62,565 nt of DNA, from the NCBI GenBank assembly GCA_027295705.1, contig JAPUKJ010000091.1:1-62565 (forward strand). The letters are read 5' to 3'. This document shows positions 48,475 through 61,188 of the stretch, one piece after another. The translations under genes were made by a program, and so were the position numbers. Origin of the DNA: Ignavibacteria bacterium (GTDB lineage: Bacteria > Bacteroidota > Ignavibacteria > UBA10030 > UBA6906). A model generated the notes under the pieces. The model made no database searches. It was not told the origin of the DNA and saw only the letters and a program-made list of their open reading frames with translations. Numbering within the stretch: the first letter of the stretch is position 1; the number at the start of each line of letters is the position of its first letter.

Positions 48475-49956
48475 CTAGGATTTCTCTTTGGTTAGAAAGG
48501 CGGATGTGTTTCCGACAATCAGAGTTGTTCCGGTTCCGATGACTGTAAACCATGTCCATGCAACCTCTGTTTGCGTGAAGATAGCTGCCATTACAATGAT
48601 GCCGGCGATGAACCCTGCGATTGCGTCACGCTGCTGCGTGTTTTTGAAAAGGACGCCCAAAAGGAAAATGCCTAGCAGCCCTCCATATGTGACTGATGCT
48701 ATGCTGAGTGCTAACTCAACGAGCGCCCGTGAAGTATTGGTGATGAAGAAGATGGCAACCCCGACGAGCACACCGCACCAGACGATTGACGCTATTCGAG
48801 ACAAAAAAAGATCTCGTGAATCCGAACTTAATCTGCCAAAATACGGTTTGTAGATGTCATTTATTGAAGCTGCTGACAGGGAATTGACCGAACCTGACAA
48901 GGTTGACATGGCTGCAGCAAGGAGCCCAGCAATGATTATTCCCGAGAGACCGGAAGGCATACTCTCGATGATAAACTTCGGAAAAATCTCATCCGCCTTC
49001 ATTAAGCCGAGGTTTGCAAGCGAAGTGCCGTTGTAAAATGAGTACAGAAGCAACCCCACAAAGAGAAAAAGTGCAAACTGAACGATCACCACCAATCCGC
49101 TTCCAATCAGTGCACGGCGACTACCAGCAAGAGTCTTGACTGTAAGCAATCTTTGAACAATGATTTGGTCGGTTCCGTGGGAGGCCATGGACAGGAAAGC
49201 ACCGCCGATTAGACTTGCAAAAAGTGTATACGGCGCTCTAAAGTAATCTCCTATAGAAAGGTCAAAACCAAGGTTGAATGTGGCAAATTTGGCAGCCGGG
49301 ACGTTCAAACCACCGTCAGGCAGTCCGTTGAGAATTACAATAGCTGCACAGACGGCTCCACCCAGGTAGATAAACATTTGGACAACATCAGTCCAGATAA
49401 CTGCCCGCACTCCCCCTGTGTATGTATAGATGAGCGTAATAACCGCCAATGCAATGATCGAAACGATGTAGACATTTTCGTTGGATACAGAGGTGAATGT
49501 CTGCCATCCTTTGAGAAGGATCGCAAGGGGAATTGCGGTTGCAAACAGCCGCACCCCATCGGCCAAGACGCGCGTAAACATGAAAGTTATGCTGGCGATG
49601 GTACGCATCGTTGGGCCGAATCTTTGTGCAAGGAGTTGATATGCGGTCGTCAGGTCTCCTTTTGCATACGCAGGTAGCAGGACGGCGCTGATGACAATAC
49701 GGCCGAGCAAATAGCCGAATGTGACTTGAAGAAAACTAAGGTTGGTCGCGTATGCAAGCCCGGGGATGCTGATGAAGGTGAGCGTGCTCGTTTCTGTGGC
49801 AACGATGGCAAAACAGACGGCCCACCAAGGAATATCTTTACGTCCGAGGAAATAATCGCGGGTGGAAGTTTGCTTCCCTCCGGATACTACGCCCAAAACT
49901 GCTACGCCAATCAAGTAAGCGATGACGATGACGTAGTCGACTGTGGTAAATCCCAT
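48475..49956 (-). CDS. Sodium:solute symporter (SSS) family transporter
   Basis: 493 aa, ~13 TM. DYVIVIAYLIGVAVLGVVSGGKQTSTRDYFLGRKDIPWW. Confidence 0.85.
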   Translation of the reverse strand: MGFTTVDYVIVIAYLIGVAVLGVVSGGKQTSTRDYFLGRKDIPWWAVCFAIVATETSTLTFISIPGLAYATNLSFLQVTFGYLLGRIVISAVLLPAYAKGDLTTAYQLLAQRFGPTMRTIASITFMFTRVLADGVRLFATAIPLAILLKGWQTFTSVSNENVYIVSIIALAVITLIYTYTGGVRAVIWTDVVQMFIYLGGAVCAAIVILNGLPDGGLNVPAAKFATFNLGFDLSIGDYFRAPYTLFASLIGGAFLSMASHGTDQIIVQRLLTVKTLAGSRRALIGSGLVVIVQFALFLFVGLLLYSFYNGTSLANLGLMKADEIFPKFIIESMPSGLSGIIIAGLLAAAMSTLSGSVNSLSAASINDIYKPYFGRLSSDSRDLFLSRIASIVWCGVLVGVAIFFITNTSRALVELALSIASVTYGGLLGIFLLGVLFKNTQQRDAIAGFIAGIIVMAAIFTQTEVAWTWFTVIGTGTTLIVGNTSAFLTKEKS

Positions 49957-49988
49957 TCAGGATTTGGAGGGATTGGGAAAAAGGAGGA

Positions 49989-50321
49989 TCAGTGCTTGGC
50001 AGCATGTCCTGTGGATTCTTGTACGTCAAATACGCGGTCGAGCATGGAGATCTTTAGTAAGCTGGCAACTTTCTTATGCACATTGATCAGTTGCACCGTG
50101 CCGCCGTGCTCTTTCATCTTCCTGTCAGCAATTAGCAAGGCGCTGAGGCCGCTGCTGTCGCAAAACTCCACGTCCGCAAGATCTACCACCAAGCTCTCGA
50201 CCGTCGGCTTGCAGATGATCAAAAACTCACCTTTTAGTTTTGGGGAAATAGAAGAGTCCAGCTTCCGCTCCTTCAGCTTAAGGATTGTGCAGGTCCCGTT
50301 TTTTTGTACGTCAAATTTCAT
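49989..50321 (-). CDS. STAS-domain protein (anti-sigma-factor antagonist-like)
   Basis: From ATG 50321: MKFDVQKNGTCTILKLKE.LD...DLADVEFCDSSGLSALL...LINVHKKVASLLKISMLDRVF, the SpoIIAA/STAS pattern with the DSSG(L) motif. Confidence 0.8.
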   Translation of the reverse strand: MKFDVQKNGTCTILKLKERKLDSSISPKLKGEFLIICKPTVESLVVDLADVEFCDSSGLSALLIADRKMKEHGGTVQLINVHKKVASLLKISMLDRVFDVQESTGHAAKH

Positions 50322-50335
50322 AGCTGCTCTCCCAC

Positions 50336-50875
50336 TTAGAACTTCTGTAAGCACTTTGCCAGTCGATCGTAGATAAATTTCCGTCCGAGTGTAGGATCGT
50401 GCTGGATTTGGAAATTGTAAAAAGCGTCAGCATGTTTTCGCACAAAGCCGATACGCACCCTAGCGCTACTCTCCCTACAAATATAGGCTGAGGGAAGCAC
50501 GAAGTCAAGATTAAGGTCTATTGCAATGTCGTACTTCTTTTTCTTTACACGCTGGATGACATCCGCGCATGGAAGGTAGAAGACGTTGATTTCGTGTACA
50601 AGGATATGTATGAACTGGCTCCTAGGTAGCATTCGCACGACCTCAATTCCATGATCTCCAGTTACAACTGTAATGTTTTCCTCTTGGAACCTCTTCTTTA
50701 ACAGGTCGACAACCATAATTGTTGGAAGGAACTCATGATGGCTCAGCGGGAGGATCAGCAAAGCTTGATGTGCCGATGAAACCGCCGCGGTGAAGGAGAT
50801 CATTTTGTCGCGGGAACTCCTGAAATGATACATTGCTGCTAAGAAACCAATAGACCTGCGAACTCCTTCTAGCAC
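50336..50875 (-). CDS. Hypothetical protein resembling only the N-terminal Rossmann half of GT9 glycosyltransferases
   Basis: LLILPLSHHEFLPTIMVVDLLKKRFQEENITVV...KKKYDIAIDLNLDFVLPSAYICRESSARVRIGF resembles the GT9 N-domain layout. No C-terminal sugar-nucleotide domain. Start uncertain (GTG 50875, ATG 50833 or 50803). Confidence 0.4.
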   Translation of the reverse strand: MLEGVRRSIGFLAAMYHFRSSRDKMISFTAAVSSAHQALLILPLSHHEFLPTIMVVDLLKKRFQEENITVVTGDHGIEVVRMLPRSQFIHILVHEINVFYLPCADVIQRVKKKKYDIAIDLNLDFVLPSAYICRESSARVRIGFVRKHADAFYNFQIQHDPTLGRKFIYDRLAKCLQKF

Positions 50876-50882
50876 GTGCTCC

Positions 50883-53703
<2,821 letters not shown>

Positions 53704-53777
53704 GGCAGATTCAAAGTGAAGAGTTGGTGCACAACCAAGTGAACATAGGAAGAGTTATAAGCAATTCAAGCGGTAAG

Positions 53778-56039
53778 TTATGTCGGGGCCTTTCTGCTAT
53801 CCAGCACCTGGCGGACTTTCGTTGCAAGATCTTCGACATGGAATGGCTTTTGCAAGAAGCCATCAACCTCATTCGAAAAGGTCGGCGTCTCTATTACACC
53901 CTCACCGTATCCCGTTAGTATGATGATCTGAAGACTTGGGTTGATCGTTCTAAGTTGTTCAAACGTTGCCCTTCCACCCATGAGCGGCATGTTCACATCA
54001 AGAAGGACAAGATCCACAAGCGCTTGACGGGATTTGTAAGTCTGGACACCTGTTTTTCCATCATATGCGAAGCTGACCGAGTAGCCCAGGTCCACCAGCA
54101 TATCTCGCGCTATTTCGCACAGGCTCACTTCGTCATCTATAATGAGGATGTTCTCCCGACCGCGCGGTAGGTTTTGTTGCCTTTGAAGCCCAGTCGATTT
54201 TGGCAGGGCGGCGACACGAGGGAGGCAGATTGAAAATGTGGTCCCGCGATTAACTTCACTTTGCAGGTTAATGAATCCTCCATGGTTCTGCACGACACCA
54301 TAGAGCACAGATAGCCCCAGGCCCGTACCGCTGTCTTTTGTTGTGAAGAATGGTTCGAACACACGATTCTTTGTCGTATTATCCATGCCGATGCCTGTAT
54401 CTGATACTGTAATGAGAACAAACGGACCGGGATTGATGGACGTAAACTGACTGGTTGTGTGTGCGTCTGCGATCATGATGTCGGTGGTGATTGTCAAAAC
54501 CCCACCATTAGGCATCGCATCACGTGCGTTCAAAAAAAGATTCAGCAACGCTTGTTGGATTTGACCTTTGTCACCTTTTACGCTTGTCCGCTCACTGGTC
54601 AGGCGCGTCTCGACGACGATTTCCTTATCTACACTCCGCTGAAAAAGATCGAGCGTCTCTTCAACAATTGAATTGACGTCCACAGGCTTGATAGCGGTGT
54701 CCGTTTTTCGTGCAAACGTAAGGAGTTGTCGCGTCAGCGAAGAGCCCCGTCTTGCCGCGTTTTCTATGATCTCCACATACTTATGCATTTTTTTTTCCTC
54801 GGAGATTCGTCGACGCATGATGGACGCAGAGCCGAGGATGGAGGCAAGAACGTTGTTGAAATCGTGCGCTATTCCTCCTGCTAGATTTCCAATACTGTCG
54901 ATCTTCTGCGCATGGCGGATCGTCTCTTCCATCTTTTTGCGTTCAGTAATGTCCCTTCCAAGAATTCGCGCATTCACAGTGGCACCTTCATCGTCGAAGA
55001 CCAAAGAGGAATTCAAATTTACCAGTATTTGACTCCCGTTCTTGAGAACCATCTGTTCCTCGACGTCTTTCACCCCCTTTCCGTCAGCGAACATCTTGGA
55101 GATCAATTCTTGAAGATTTGATCGCCGATCAGATACAAATAGTGCTTCGAATGGCTTGCCGACAATCTCATCTTTGGTGTAACCCAGGATGTTAGCGCCA
55201 ATCTTATTGCAGCCTACAATAATGTGGCTATGGTCAACACTGAGATAGATGTCTGGAGCGTTCTCGAACAGGTCAACGTACTGTTTCTCGGATTGTCGTA
55301 GTCGCTCGAAGAGCTGTGCGTTGTTCAAGGCAACACTAATTTGATTGCCGAAGGCCTCCATCATTTCAGCCTGCCCTGATGTGAACATCTCAAATTCCTT
55401 CCCCGCAACCACTAACGTGCCAGCAACTGTATCTTTTGCGCGAAGGGGGACTGACGCCCAGAATTGAATCCCCATTTGTTTCAGTTCAGGGTCTAGAAGG
55501 CCCAAGTCATCCGTCACGCGTTCGCGCTGCACTCGCGGTTGATGCAACCATGTCGCAGTAGCGTCACTCAATACCGGGTTTGTGGACAGAAAATCGATTG
55601 CAGTTCCCTTGGAGCTCTTGAGAACAAGTCTATCTCCTTCTAGTAGATAGATCCATCCGAAGCTCATCCTTAACAGCTCGGTGACTTTTTCCAGAGCGGT
55701 CTGAAGCACATAGTCCAACTCGACGACTCTGTTTATAGCTTCGGTAATTGTGTTAAGGGCAAAGAGCTGTCGTCGTTTCGCTTCAAGTTGACGGCCGTAG
55801 CGCAATGTGAAGTATACACTTGTGAATCCAATTGTGCCTACCGTCAGGATGCTTATGAAATCCATCAATCGCACAGACTTTTCGGTGAGCATCACTGCAG
55901 TAATAATTGTGGCCATTGACACGATCACTGCTGTTGATGCGACTACCTGTGCCTGTTCGACTGCACCTAGGTTCTGAACAAATCTCTTATATGCATTAAA
56001 CGCGTTGCGCATTCCATTGCAATGTACAAAACGACGCAT
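53778..56039 (-). CDS. Hybrid sensor histidine kinase (TM-GAF-PAS-HisKA-HATPase-REC)
   Basis: H-box GGIAHDFNNVLASILG; N-box LNLFLNARDAM; G-boxes DTGIGM and GTGLGLS. C-terminal receiver ILIIDDE...VLLDVNMP.MGG...IIILTGYG. Confidence 0.92.
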   Translation of the reverse strand: MRRFVHCNGMRNAFNAYKRFVQNLGAVEQAQVVASTAVIVSMATIITAVMLTEKSVRLMDFISILTVGTIGFTSVYFTLRYGRQLEAKRRQLFALNTITEAINRVVELDYVLQTALEKVTELLRMSFGWIYLLEGDRLVLKSSKGTAIDFLSTNPVLSDATATWLHQPRVQRERVTDDLGLLDPELKQMGIQFWASVPLRAKDTVAGTLVVAGKEFEMFTSGQAEMMEAFGNQISVALNNAQLFERLRQSEKQYVDLFENAPDIYLSVDHSHIIVGCNKIGANILGYTKDEIVGKPFEALFVSDRRSNLQELISKMFADGKGVKDVEEQMVLKNGSQILVNLNSSLVFDDEGATVNARILGRDITERKKMEETIRHAQKIDSIGNLAGGIAHDFNNVLASILGSASIMRRRISEEKKMHKYVEIIENAARRGSSLTRQLLTFARKTDTAIKPVDVNSIVEETLDLFQRSVDKEIVVETRLTSERTSVKGDKGQIQQALLNLFLNARDAMPNGGVLTITTDIMIADAHTTSQFTSINPGPFVLITVSDTGIGMDNTTKNRVFEPFFTTKDSGTGLGLSVLYGVVQNHGGFINLQSEVNRGTTFSICLPRVAALPKSTGLQRQQNLPRGRENILIIDDEVSLCEIARDMLVDLGYSVSFAYDGKTGVQTYKSRQALVDLVLLDVNMPLMGGRATFEQLRTINPSLQIIILTGYGEGVIETPTFSNEVDGFLQKPFHVEDLATKVRQVLDSRKAPT

Positions 56040-56184
56040 AGATATTCAATGGACGGGTTTCTACCTCGATTGGAGTGATGTTGGAAGAGGAAATAGCCGA
56101 AATGATTAAGGGGGATAACTTACAAGAAGCTTCAACGGCACACGCTACAGGTTGACGCACTGTTCAACCCTCCTGCTTCCAGGT

Positions 56185-56226
56185 ACGTCAGTCCCACCTT
56201 TCGGTGGGACTGCGGTACGTTTTTTG
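56185..56226. terminator. Strong hairpin downstream of hup; T-tract lies on the plus strand
   Basis: GTCCCACC (56191-56198) / TTTC / GGTGGGAC (56203-56210), extended by ACGT...ACGT. TTTTTT at 56220-56225 on the plus strand (AAAAAA precedes the stem in minus-strand sense). Confidence 0.5.
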
Positions 56227-56243
56227 GGGAGGCGAACTGCAAA

Positions 56244-56528
56244 TTACTTGGTCAGCACAGCTTCTTTGCAAGCTTTTGCGACGCGGAATTTCACGACGGT
56301 TTTTGCGGGGATCTGGATTGATTCGCCCGTCTTTGGATTACGACCCATACGCGCCTTGCGATCAACGAGCACAAGCTTGCCGATACCCGGAAGTGTAAAC
56401 GAATTCCTTGCCTCCTTATACGCGAGCGTTGAGAGCTCTTCAAACATCTCGGCGACAACCTTTTTCTTCATGTTGAATCTATTTGCAAAGTGTGTAATGA
56501 TTGCCGCCTTCGACATTGATTTACCCAT
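56244..56528 (-). CDS. hup: DNA-binding protein HU/IHF family
   Basis: From ATG 56528 (AGGAGG upstream): MGKSMSKAAIITHFA...FTLPGIGKLVLVDRKARMGRNPKTGESIQIPAKTVVKFRVAK. Confidence 0.92.
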   Translation of the reverse strand: MGKSMSKAAIITHFANRFNMKKKVVAEMFEELSTLAYKEARNSFTLPGIGKLVLVDRKARMGRNPKTGESIQIPAKTVVKFRVAKACKEAVLTK

Positions 56529-56838
56529 GAGGCCTCCTTTTTTTGGATGGGAGATTGTGAATTTTGTTGCTGACGGTTGTAGGTGATGGAGCGTACAACA
56601 ATTTTCACCGTGAAGATAGTACATTATTCTCAATTTTCAAACAGCAAAGTCAAAAAAAATCTGTCCTATAGCTTCTACTGCAAAACGAATCATGACGTTG
56701 AAATAAGCGGCGGTACGCAGCTACATCAAATAATCTGAAACTCATGCAATGACACTATGTATGTAATTGGGCCTGAGATAATGAGTTATGAACATGAGAA
56801 CAGGTGCGTGCACGACATGTCAACGGCCGTTATGGACT

Positions 56839-58842
56839 CTATTCTTCCAGCAACACATGTTCCACGTCACCATCAGCCGTTATTATTTCGATTGGACATT
56901 GTGGCAGTGATGATATGAGGAGCTTACCGTAACGCCGAGTGAGGATACGGGAATCGAGGATTGTTACCATCCCTTTGTCGTGATGAGATCGAACCAAACG
57001 GCCTACCCCTTGGCGTAGCTTCAGCACTGCCTCCGGCAGTGTGTACTCCATGAATGAATTACCACCGCGCTTGGCAATGGATTCTATCCGAGCTTCGATC
57101 AGAGGGTGGTTAGGAACCGCAAAGGGTAGTCTGGTAATGACTACGTGTTCAAGCGCTTCACCAGGTACGTCGACTCCCATCCAAAAGCTGTCGAGGCCGA
57201 ACAATACTGAACTAACGTCCTCCCTAAATTCTTTCAGTAGCTTGTGGCGCTGTTGGTCGCCTCCTTGGACGAGCAGTTTCAACCCCTTCTCTTCAAAACT
57301 ATCCGCAAGTTCAGATGCCACGTCACGCATCATTGAGCCGTTCGTGAATAGGATGAGGGCTTTGCCTGCAGACCGATCGATGCTTTGCATAATCCATTTC
57401 GGCAACGCTGTTGCATATCCTTCCGTGTCAGGTTCCGGTATGTCACGAGCGATCCTAAGCTTCATTTGTCTTCCGTAGTCGAAAGGAGATGTCAGGATCA
57501 TTCCACGTGAACTGTGAGCGCCAAGGCGTTGGTGGAAATAGTCGAGAATCCCGTTGACGGATAGCGTTGCACCTGTCATTATTATCGATGTATCGTCACG
57601 AAAAAGCATCGGGGCGACTCGTTCGGCAACATCATAAGGTGAACTGCAAAGTATTGTGCTTTCACGGCTCGGGCCTCCAAGATCTACCCAATAGGCTAGG
57701 TCACCATCTAACTGTTCAAGGAACTCGCTGATGAACGTCTGTGCTTCCCAGAGGGCTCGTCTTGCAACAGCGAGTTCTTGTTTCTCGTTTTCGATATGCA
57801 ATGAGTTCTCCACCTTACGCACAAGGGATTGCAGATGTGCAAGCGGCTCTTCGAGTATGTTCGCCACGACGTGTGGAGTTCGAATCCGAATCTCACGTAT
57901 CTGTGCAAGTTCGAACTGATTCTGACGCGAAGTATTTGCTAGGGCGTACCTACGTATTGAATCGAAGAATTCGACAGTAGCGTGCTCGGCAGCCTTGCAA
58001 GCAGACTTCAAATGTTTATTTTGGTTTGCCAACAAACCTTTTCTTTTCTTCGAGTTGTACAATTTATGGATGGCTCCCAGGACCTCGTAACGAGAGATGT
58101 TCTTGCCTATGCTGGCTATTGCAGCAGCTTCCACAGTCTGGGCTTCGTCGAAGATGACAAAGTCAAAATCGAATATGAATCGTGCGTCAGTCTCTTGACG
58201 GGCCATGAGCGTGAAGAAAAGAGCGTGGTTCATAATGGCGAGATGCGCCGACTTCAAACGTTCTTTCACCTGCTGAAAAAAACAGCCTGAGCCACAAAGC
58301 TTGGAACTGCAGGCGTCCTTGACGGAGCAAACCATGTCCCAAATCTCTGGGCGTGGAGCAAATTCTAGATTTTCTATATCTCCGTTCGTCGTCTTCAGCG
58401 ACCAGTCACGAATACGCTGAAGCTGTTTGACACCTTCTCTGTTGAACAGTTGCATGGTAGAGGAAAGGGCATTGTTCAGACGAGTGGTGCAGAGATAGTT
58501 CTTTCTTCCCTTTAACAAGACGGCAGTGAATTCATGTCGTAATGAAGAACGGACAACAGGAATATCCTTTTGAAAGATCTGTTCTTGGAGTGTTTTGGTA
58601 TGCGTCGAGATAATCGCTTTTCGTCCTGTGCTGGTGGCATAGAGAATCGCAGGGACAAGGTAGGCCAATGTTTTCCCGACACCTGTCGGTGCTTCCACAG
58701 TGAGGTGTTGGCGTATCACGAGCGCGTTAGCGATCGCGCCTGCCATCGCTTCTTGTTGTGGGCGATGCTCGAAGCCTGCTTGATGAGAGAAGGCTCCCGT
58801 TGAAGAGAAAATCTCTTTTGCGATCTCGGTGAGGTCAGTCAT
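56839..58842 (-). CDS. dinG: DinG/Rad3(XPD)-family ATP-dependent DNA helicase with Fe-S cluster domain
   Basis: From ATG 58842: Walker A EAPTGVGKTLAYL. Four-Cys cluster region (C..., CSVKDACSSKLCGSGC). Motif II VIFDEAQ. C-terminal FGLDSFWMGVDVPG, RLPF, QGVGRLVR. Confidence 0.85.
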   Translation of the reverse strand: MTDLTEIAKEIFSSTGAFSHQAGFEHRPQQEAMAGAIANALVIRQHLTVEAPTGVGKTLAYLVPAILYATSTGRKAIISTHTKTLQEQIFQKDIPVVRSSLRHEFTAVLLKGRKNYLCTTRLNNALSSTMQLFNREGVKQLQRIRDWSLKTTNGDIENLEFAPRPEIWDMVCSVKDACSSKLCGSGCFFQQVKERLKSAHLAIMNHALFFTLMARQETDARFIFDFDFVIFDEAQTVEAAAIASIGKNISRYEVLGAIHKLYNSKKRKGLLANQNKHLKSACKAAEHATVEFFDSIRRYALANTSRQNQFELAQIREIRIRTPHVVANILEEPLAHLQSLVRKVENSLHIENEKQELAVARRALWEAQTFISEFLEQLDGDLAYWVDLGGPSRESTILCSSPYDVAERVAPMLFRDDTSIIMTGATLSVNGILDYFHQRLGAHSSRGMILTSPFDYGRQMKLRIARDIPEPDTEGYATALPKWIMQSIDRSAGKALILFTNGSMMRDVASELADSFEEKGLKLLVQGGDQQRHKLLKEFREDVSSVLFGLDSFWMGVDVPGEALEHVVITRLPFAVPNHPLIEARIESIAKRGGNSFMEYTLPEAVLKLRQGVGRLVRSHHDKGMVTILDSRILTRRYGKLLISSLPQCPIEIITADGDVEHVLLEE

Positions 58843-59038
58843 AACACACAATGCATCTTCGATCAAAGATAAGAAAATAGGAGACAGCAGTCTACTCCGG
58901 TAATGTGTGACACAGAAGGAGTGGTCAGCTCCGTCAGCCCAACCTTTCCGCCCGCTCTGTATTTTCAATTTCATTTCAGTTATACTTAAAGCAAGTTTCA
59001 TTACAATATGTAAAAGCAGAGTAATTCACGTATTTCAT

Positions 59039-61171
59039 ATGAGAGTCGTGAAGGATTCTCAGTCAGCAGCCGGTGAAATAGATTTCAGTAAGGCGCACAA
59101 GGAGCTCCGAAGAAGATTTTCGCAAAGTGAACGTCTTTTCAACCGGGAGCTACGTTGGTTCGATTTTAATAATCGCGTGCTGGAGGAGGCGTGTGATCCG
59201 ACTGTTCCCGTTTTAGAGCGACTGAAGTTCCTGGCCATCTTTGCTTCGAATCTTGATGAATTCTTCATGGTGCGTGCTGCGTTCGTGCGCCGCCAGGTTG
59301 AAGCGCGGATCACAAAGCGAGGGGAGGATGGGCTTCGACCTTCTGAGTTGATGGAGGAAATTGTAAAACGAGTGCACAAAGCCCATGAGAATATTGGTCA
59401 GTGTTACAGAACGAATATCCTGCCGCACCTTCGCGCTGCTCGTGTTATGCTCGTATCAGACACCGACGCAACCGAAGAGCAGCGAGCGTTTGTGGCAGAG
59501 TATTTCAGGACAACACTACACGCTTTGATAACACCACTAGCCATTGATGCCTCTCATCCCTTTCCGCAAATGGAAAACGGAGCTCTATATTTCTGCGCAG
59601 AGCTGCTGTCTCGGTCAGCCTCTGAACGCCGTCGAGGGAGCAGGTTAGTGCTACTGCGGATTCCCACTAATGCTGTGGGACGATTTGTGCGAATCCCTGT
59701 ACCTAAGGGTACTGTAAACATAATGATGATCGACGATGTCATTCGTTTAATGTTGCGTGAGTTTTTCTCAAAAGATGGCTTGCTTGGTTGCTATCAAATC
59801 AAGATCGTTCGGGACAGTGAATTGGATCTTGATGAAGTTGGCTCTGCAGATTTAATGAAAAGCATCCTCGATGGTTTGGCTCGACGGCGAAAGGGAGCAA
59901 CAACGCGGTTCCTTCATGACCCATCGATGCCGCCAAGGATCCTTGAGAAGTTTGCCAAGCAACTCAAACTTTCACACAGACATATGTTTCCGGGTGCGCG
60001 TCATCATTCCTTCTCCGACTTGATGCAGATTCCCTCACTAGTTGAGCGACCGGATCTTATGTACAAGCCGATGCCTCCCCTTCGGATCCGTTTGCTCGAC
60101 TCCGCATCTTCAATTATAGGCGAGATACACAAGCGAGACATACTACTTCATCATCCCTATCAGAGCTTCTCGTACGTTTCCCGGTTCTTCGAGGAAGCTG
60201 CAAATGATAATAATGTCGTTGCTATCAAGGCAACCCTTTATCGCATTGCCAATGAGTCCCGTCTTGCTGCGGCGCTGGGGCGTGCGGCGCGCGCTGGTAT
60301 ACACGTGACCGTATTAATTGAACTAAAGGCTCGTTTTGATGAGGAACACAACATACTCTGGGCTCGGACCTTGGAAGAAGCAGGGGCACATGTGATCTAT
60401 GGAGTAAAGCGGCTCAAGACACACAGTAAAGTTGTACTGGTAGTTCGCAAAGAGGGAAAAGAACTCAGGCGCTACTGCCACTTGGGCACCGGTAACTATA
60501 ATGATCGAACGGCGAGGATCTACTCTGATCTGGGACTACTGACTGCAAATCCAGGGATCACAAGCGATGTGGAAAATCTGTTCAACAGAATAACAGGTGC
60601 TGCAGAGGTACGGCAGTACAGATATCTTTTGGTGGCTCCCGAGTTTCTTCGTGAGGAATTTGTGAAGCGCATTCGGCGTGAGGCAAAGCATGCACGCAGA
60701 GGGCGTCCCGCACGGATCGTGGCGAAGATGAATTCTCTAGTAGATCCGGGATTAATTGACGAGCTGTATGTTGCCGGTCAGGCTGGGGTCCATGTTCAAC
60801 TGATCGTGCGTGGGATCTGTTGTCTTCGGCCAGGTGTTCCGGGCTTGAGCGACAACATTGAGGTTACAAGCATTATTGATCGGTATCTCGAACACGCTCG
60901 CGTATATCGATTTGAAAATGGCGGGGAGCCAGAGCTGTTCCTCTCCAGCGCTGACTGGATGCCGCGTAACCTGAACAGTAGAATCGAAATAGCGTTTCCG
61001 ATTCTTGATAGAAAAATCAGAAATGAAGTGGAGGCGATTCTTGATATACAGCTCCGCGATAACGTGAAAGCGCGATTGCTCCGGGCAGACGGGACTAATC
61101 AGCGACGGCGTGGTAACATGGAAGTTCGTTCACAGTTTCGGCTGTATGAGATTGCTCAGCAATTAGCTTGA
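59039..61171 (+). CDS. ppk: Polyphosphate kinase 1
   Basis: From ATG 59039: FNRELRWFDFNNRVLEEA, LKFLAIFASNLDEFFMVR. Two PLD-like modules (KTHSKVVLVVR; IIDRYLEHARVY). Confidence 0.96.
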   Translation: MRVVKDSQSAAGEIDFSKAHKELRRRFSQSERLFNRELRWFDFNNRVLEEACDPTVPVLERLKFLAIFASNLDEFFMVRAAFVRRQVEARITKRGEDGLRPSELMEEIVKRVHKAHENIGQCYRTNILPHLRAARVMLVSDTDATEEQRAFVAEYFRTTLHALITPLAIDASHPFPQMENGALYFCAELLSRSASERRRGSRLVLLRIPTNAVGRFVRIPVPKGTVNIMMIDDVIRLMLREFFSKDGLLGCYQIKIVRDSELDLDEVGSADLMKSILDGLARRRKGATTRFLHDPSMPPRILEKFAKQLKLSHRHMFPGARHHSFSDLMQIPSLVERPDLMYKPMPPLRIRLLDSASSIIGEIHKRDILLHHPYQSFSYVSRFFEEAANDNNVVAIKATLYRIANESRLAAALGRAARAGIHVTVLIELKARFDEEHNILWARTLEEAGAHVIYGVKRLKTHSKVVLVVRKEGKELRRYCHLGTGNYNDRTARIYSDLGLLTANPGITSDVENLFNRITGAAEVRQYRYLLVAPEFLREEFVKRIRREAKHARRGRPARIVAKMNSLVDPGLIDELYVAGQAGVHVQLIVRGICCLRPGVPGLSDNIEVTSIIDRYLEHARVYRFENGGEPELFLSSADWMPRNLNSRIEIAFPILDRKIRNEVEAILDIQLRDNVKARLLRADGTNQRRRGNMEVRSQFRLYEIAQQLA

Positions 61172-61188
61172 TTGATGAATGTAGTTAG

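Noticed and set aside
49726-50376. 216-aa plus-strand ORF
   Set aside because: It is antisense to the N-terminus of the second SSS transporter and to the STAS gene. It has no motifs, and both sense genes have clear family signatures.
56839-58842. DinG helicase as part of a type IV CRISPR or other defence system
   Set aside because: No cas genes, repeats or nuclease partners are nearby. The neighbours are hup and ppk, so it looks like a housekeeping repair helicase.
58843-59038. Mutually overlapping 5' extensions of the divergent dinG-like and ppk ORFs
   Set aside because: Family N-termini begin at ATG 58842 (minus) and ATG 59039 (plus). The extensions would make two divergent genes overlap by ~95 nt.
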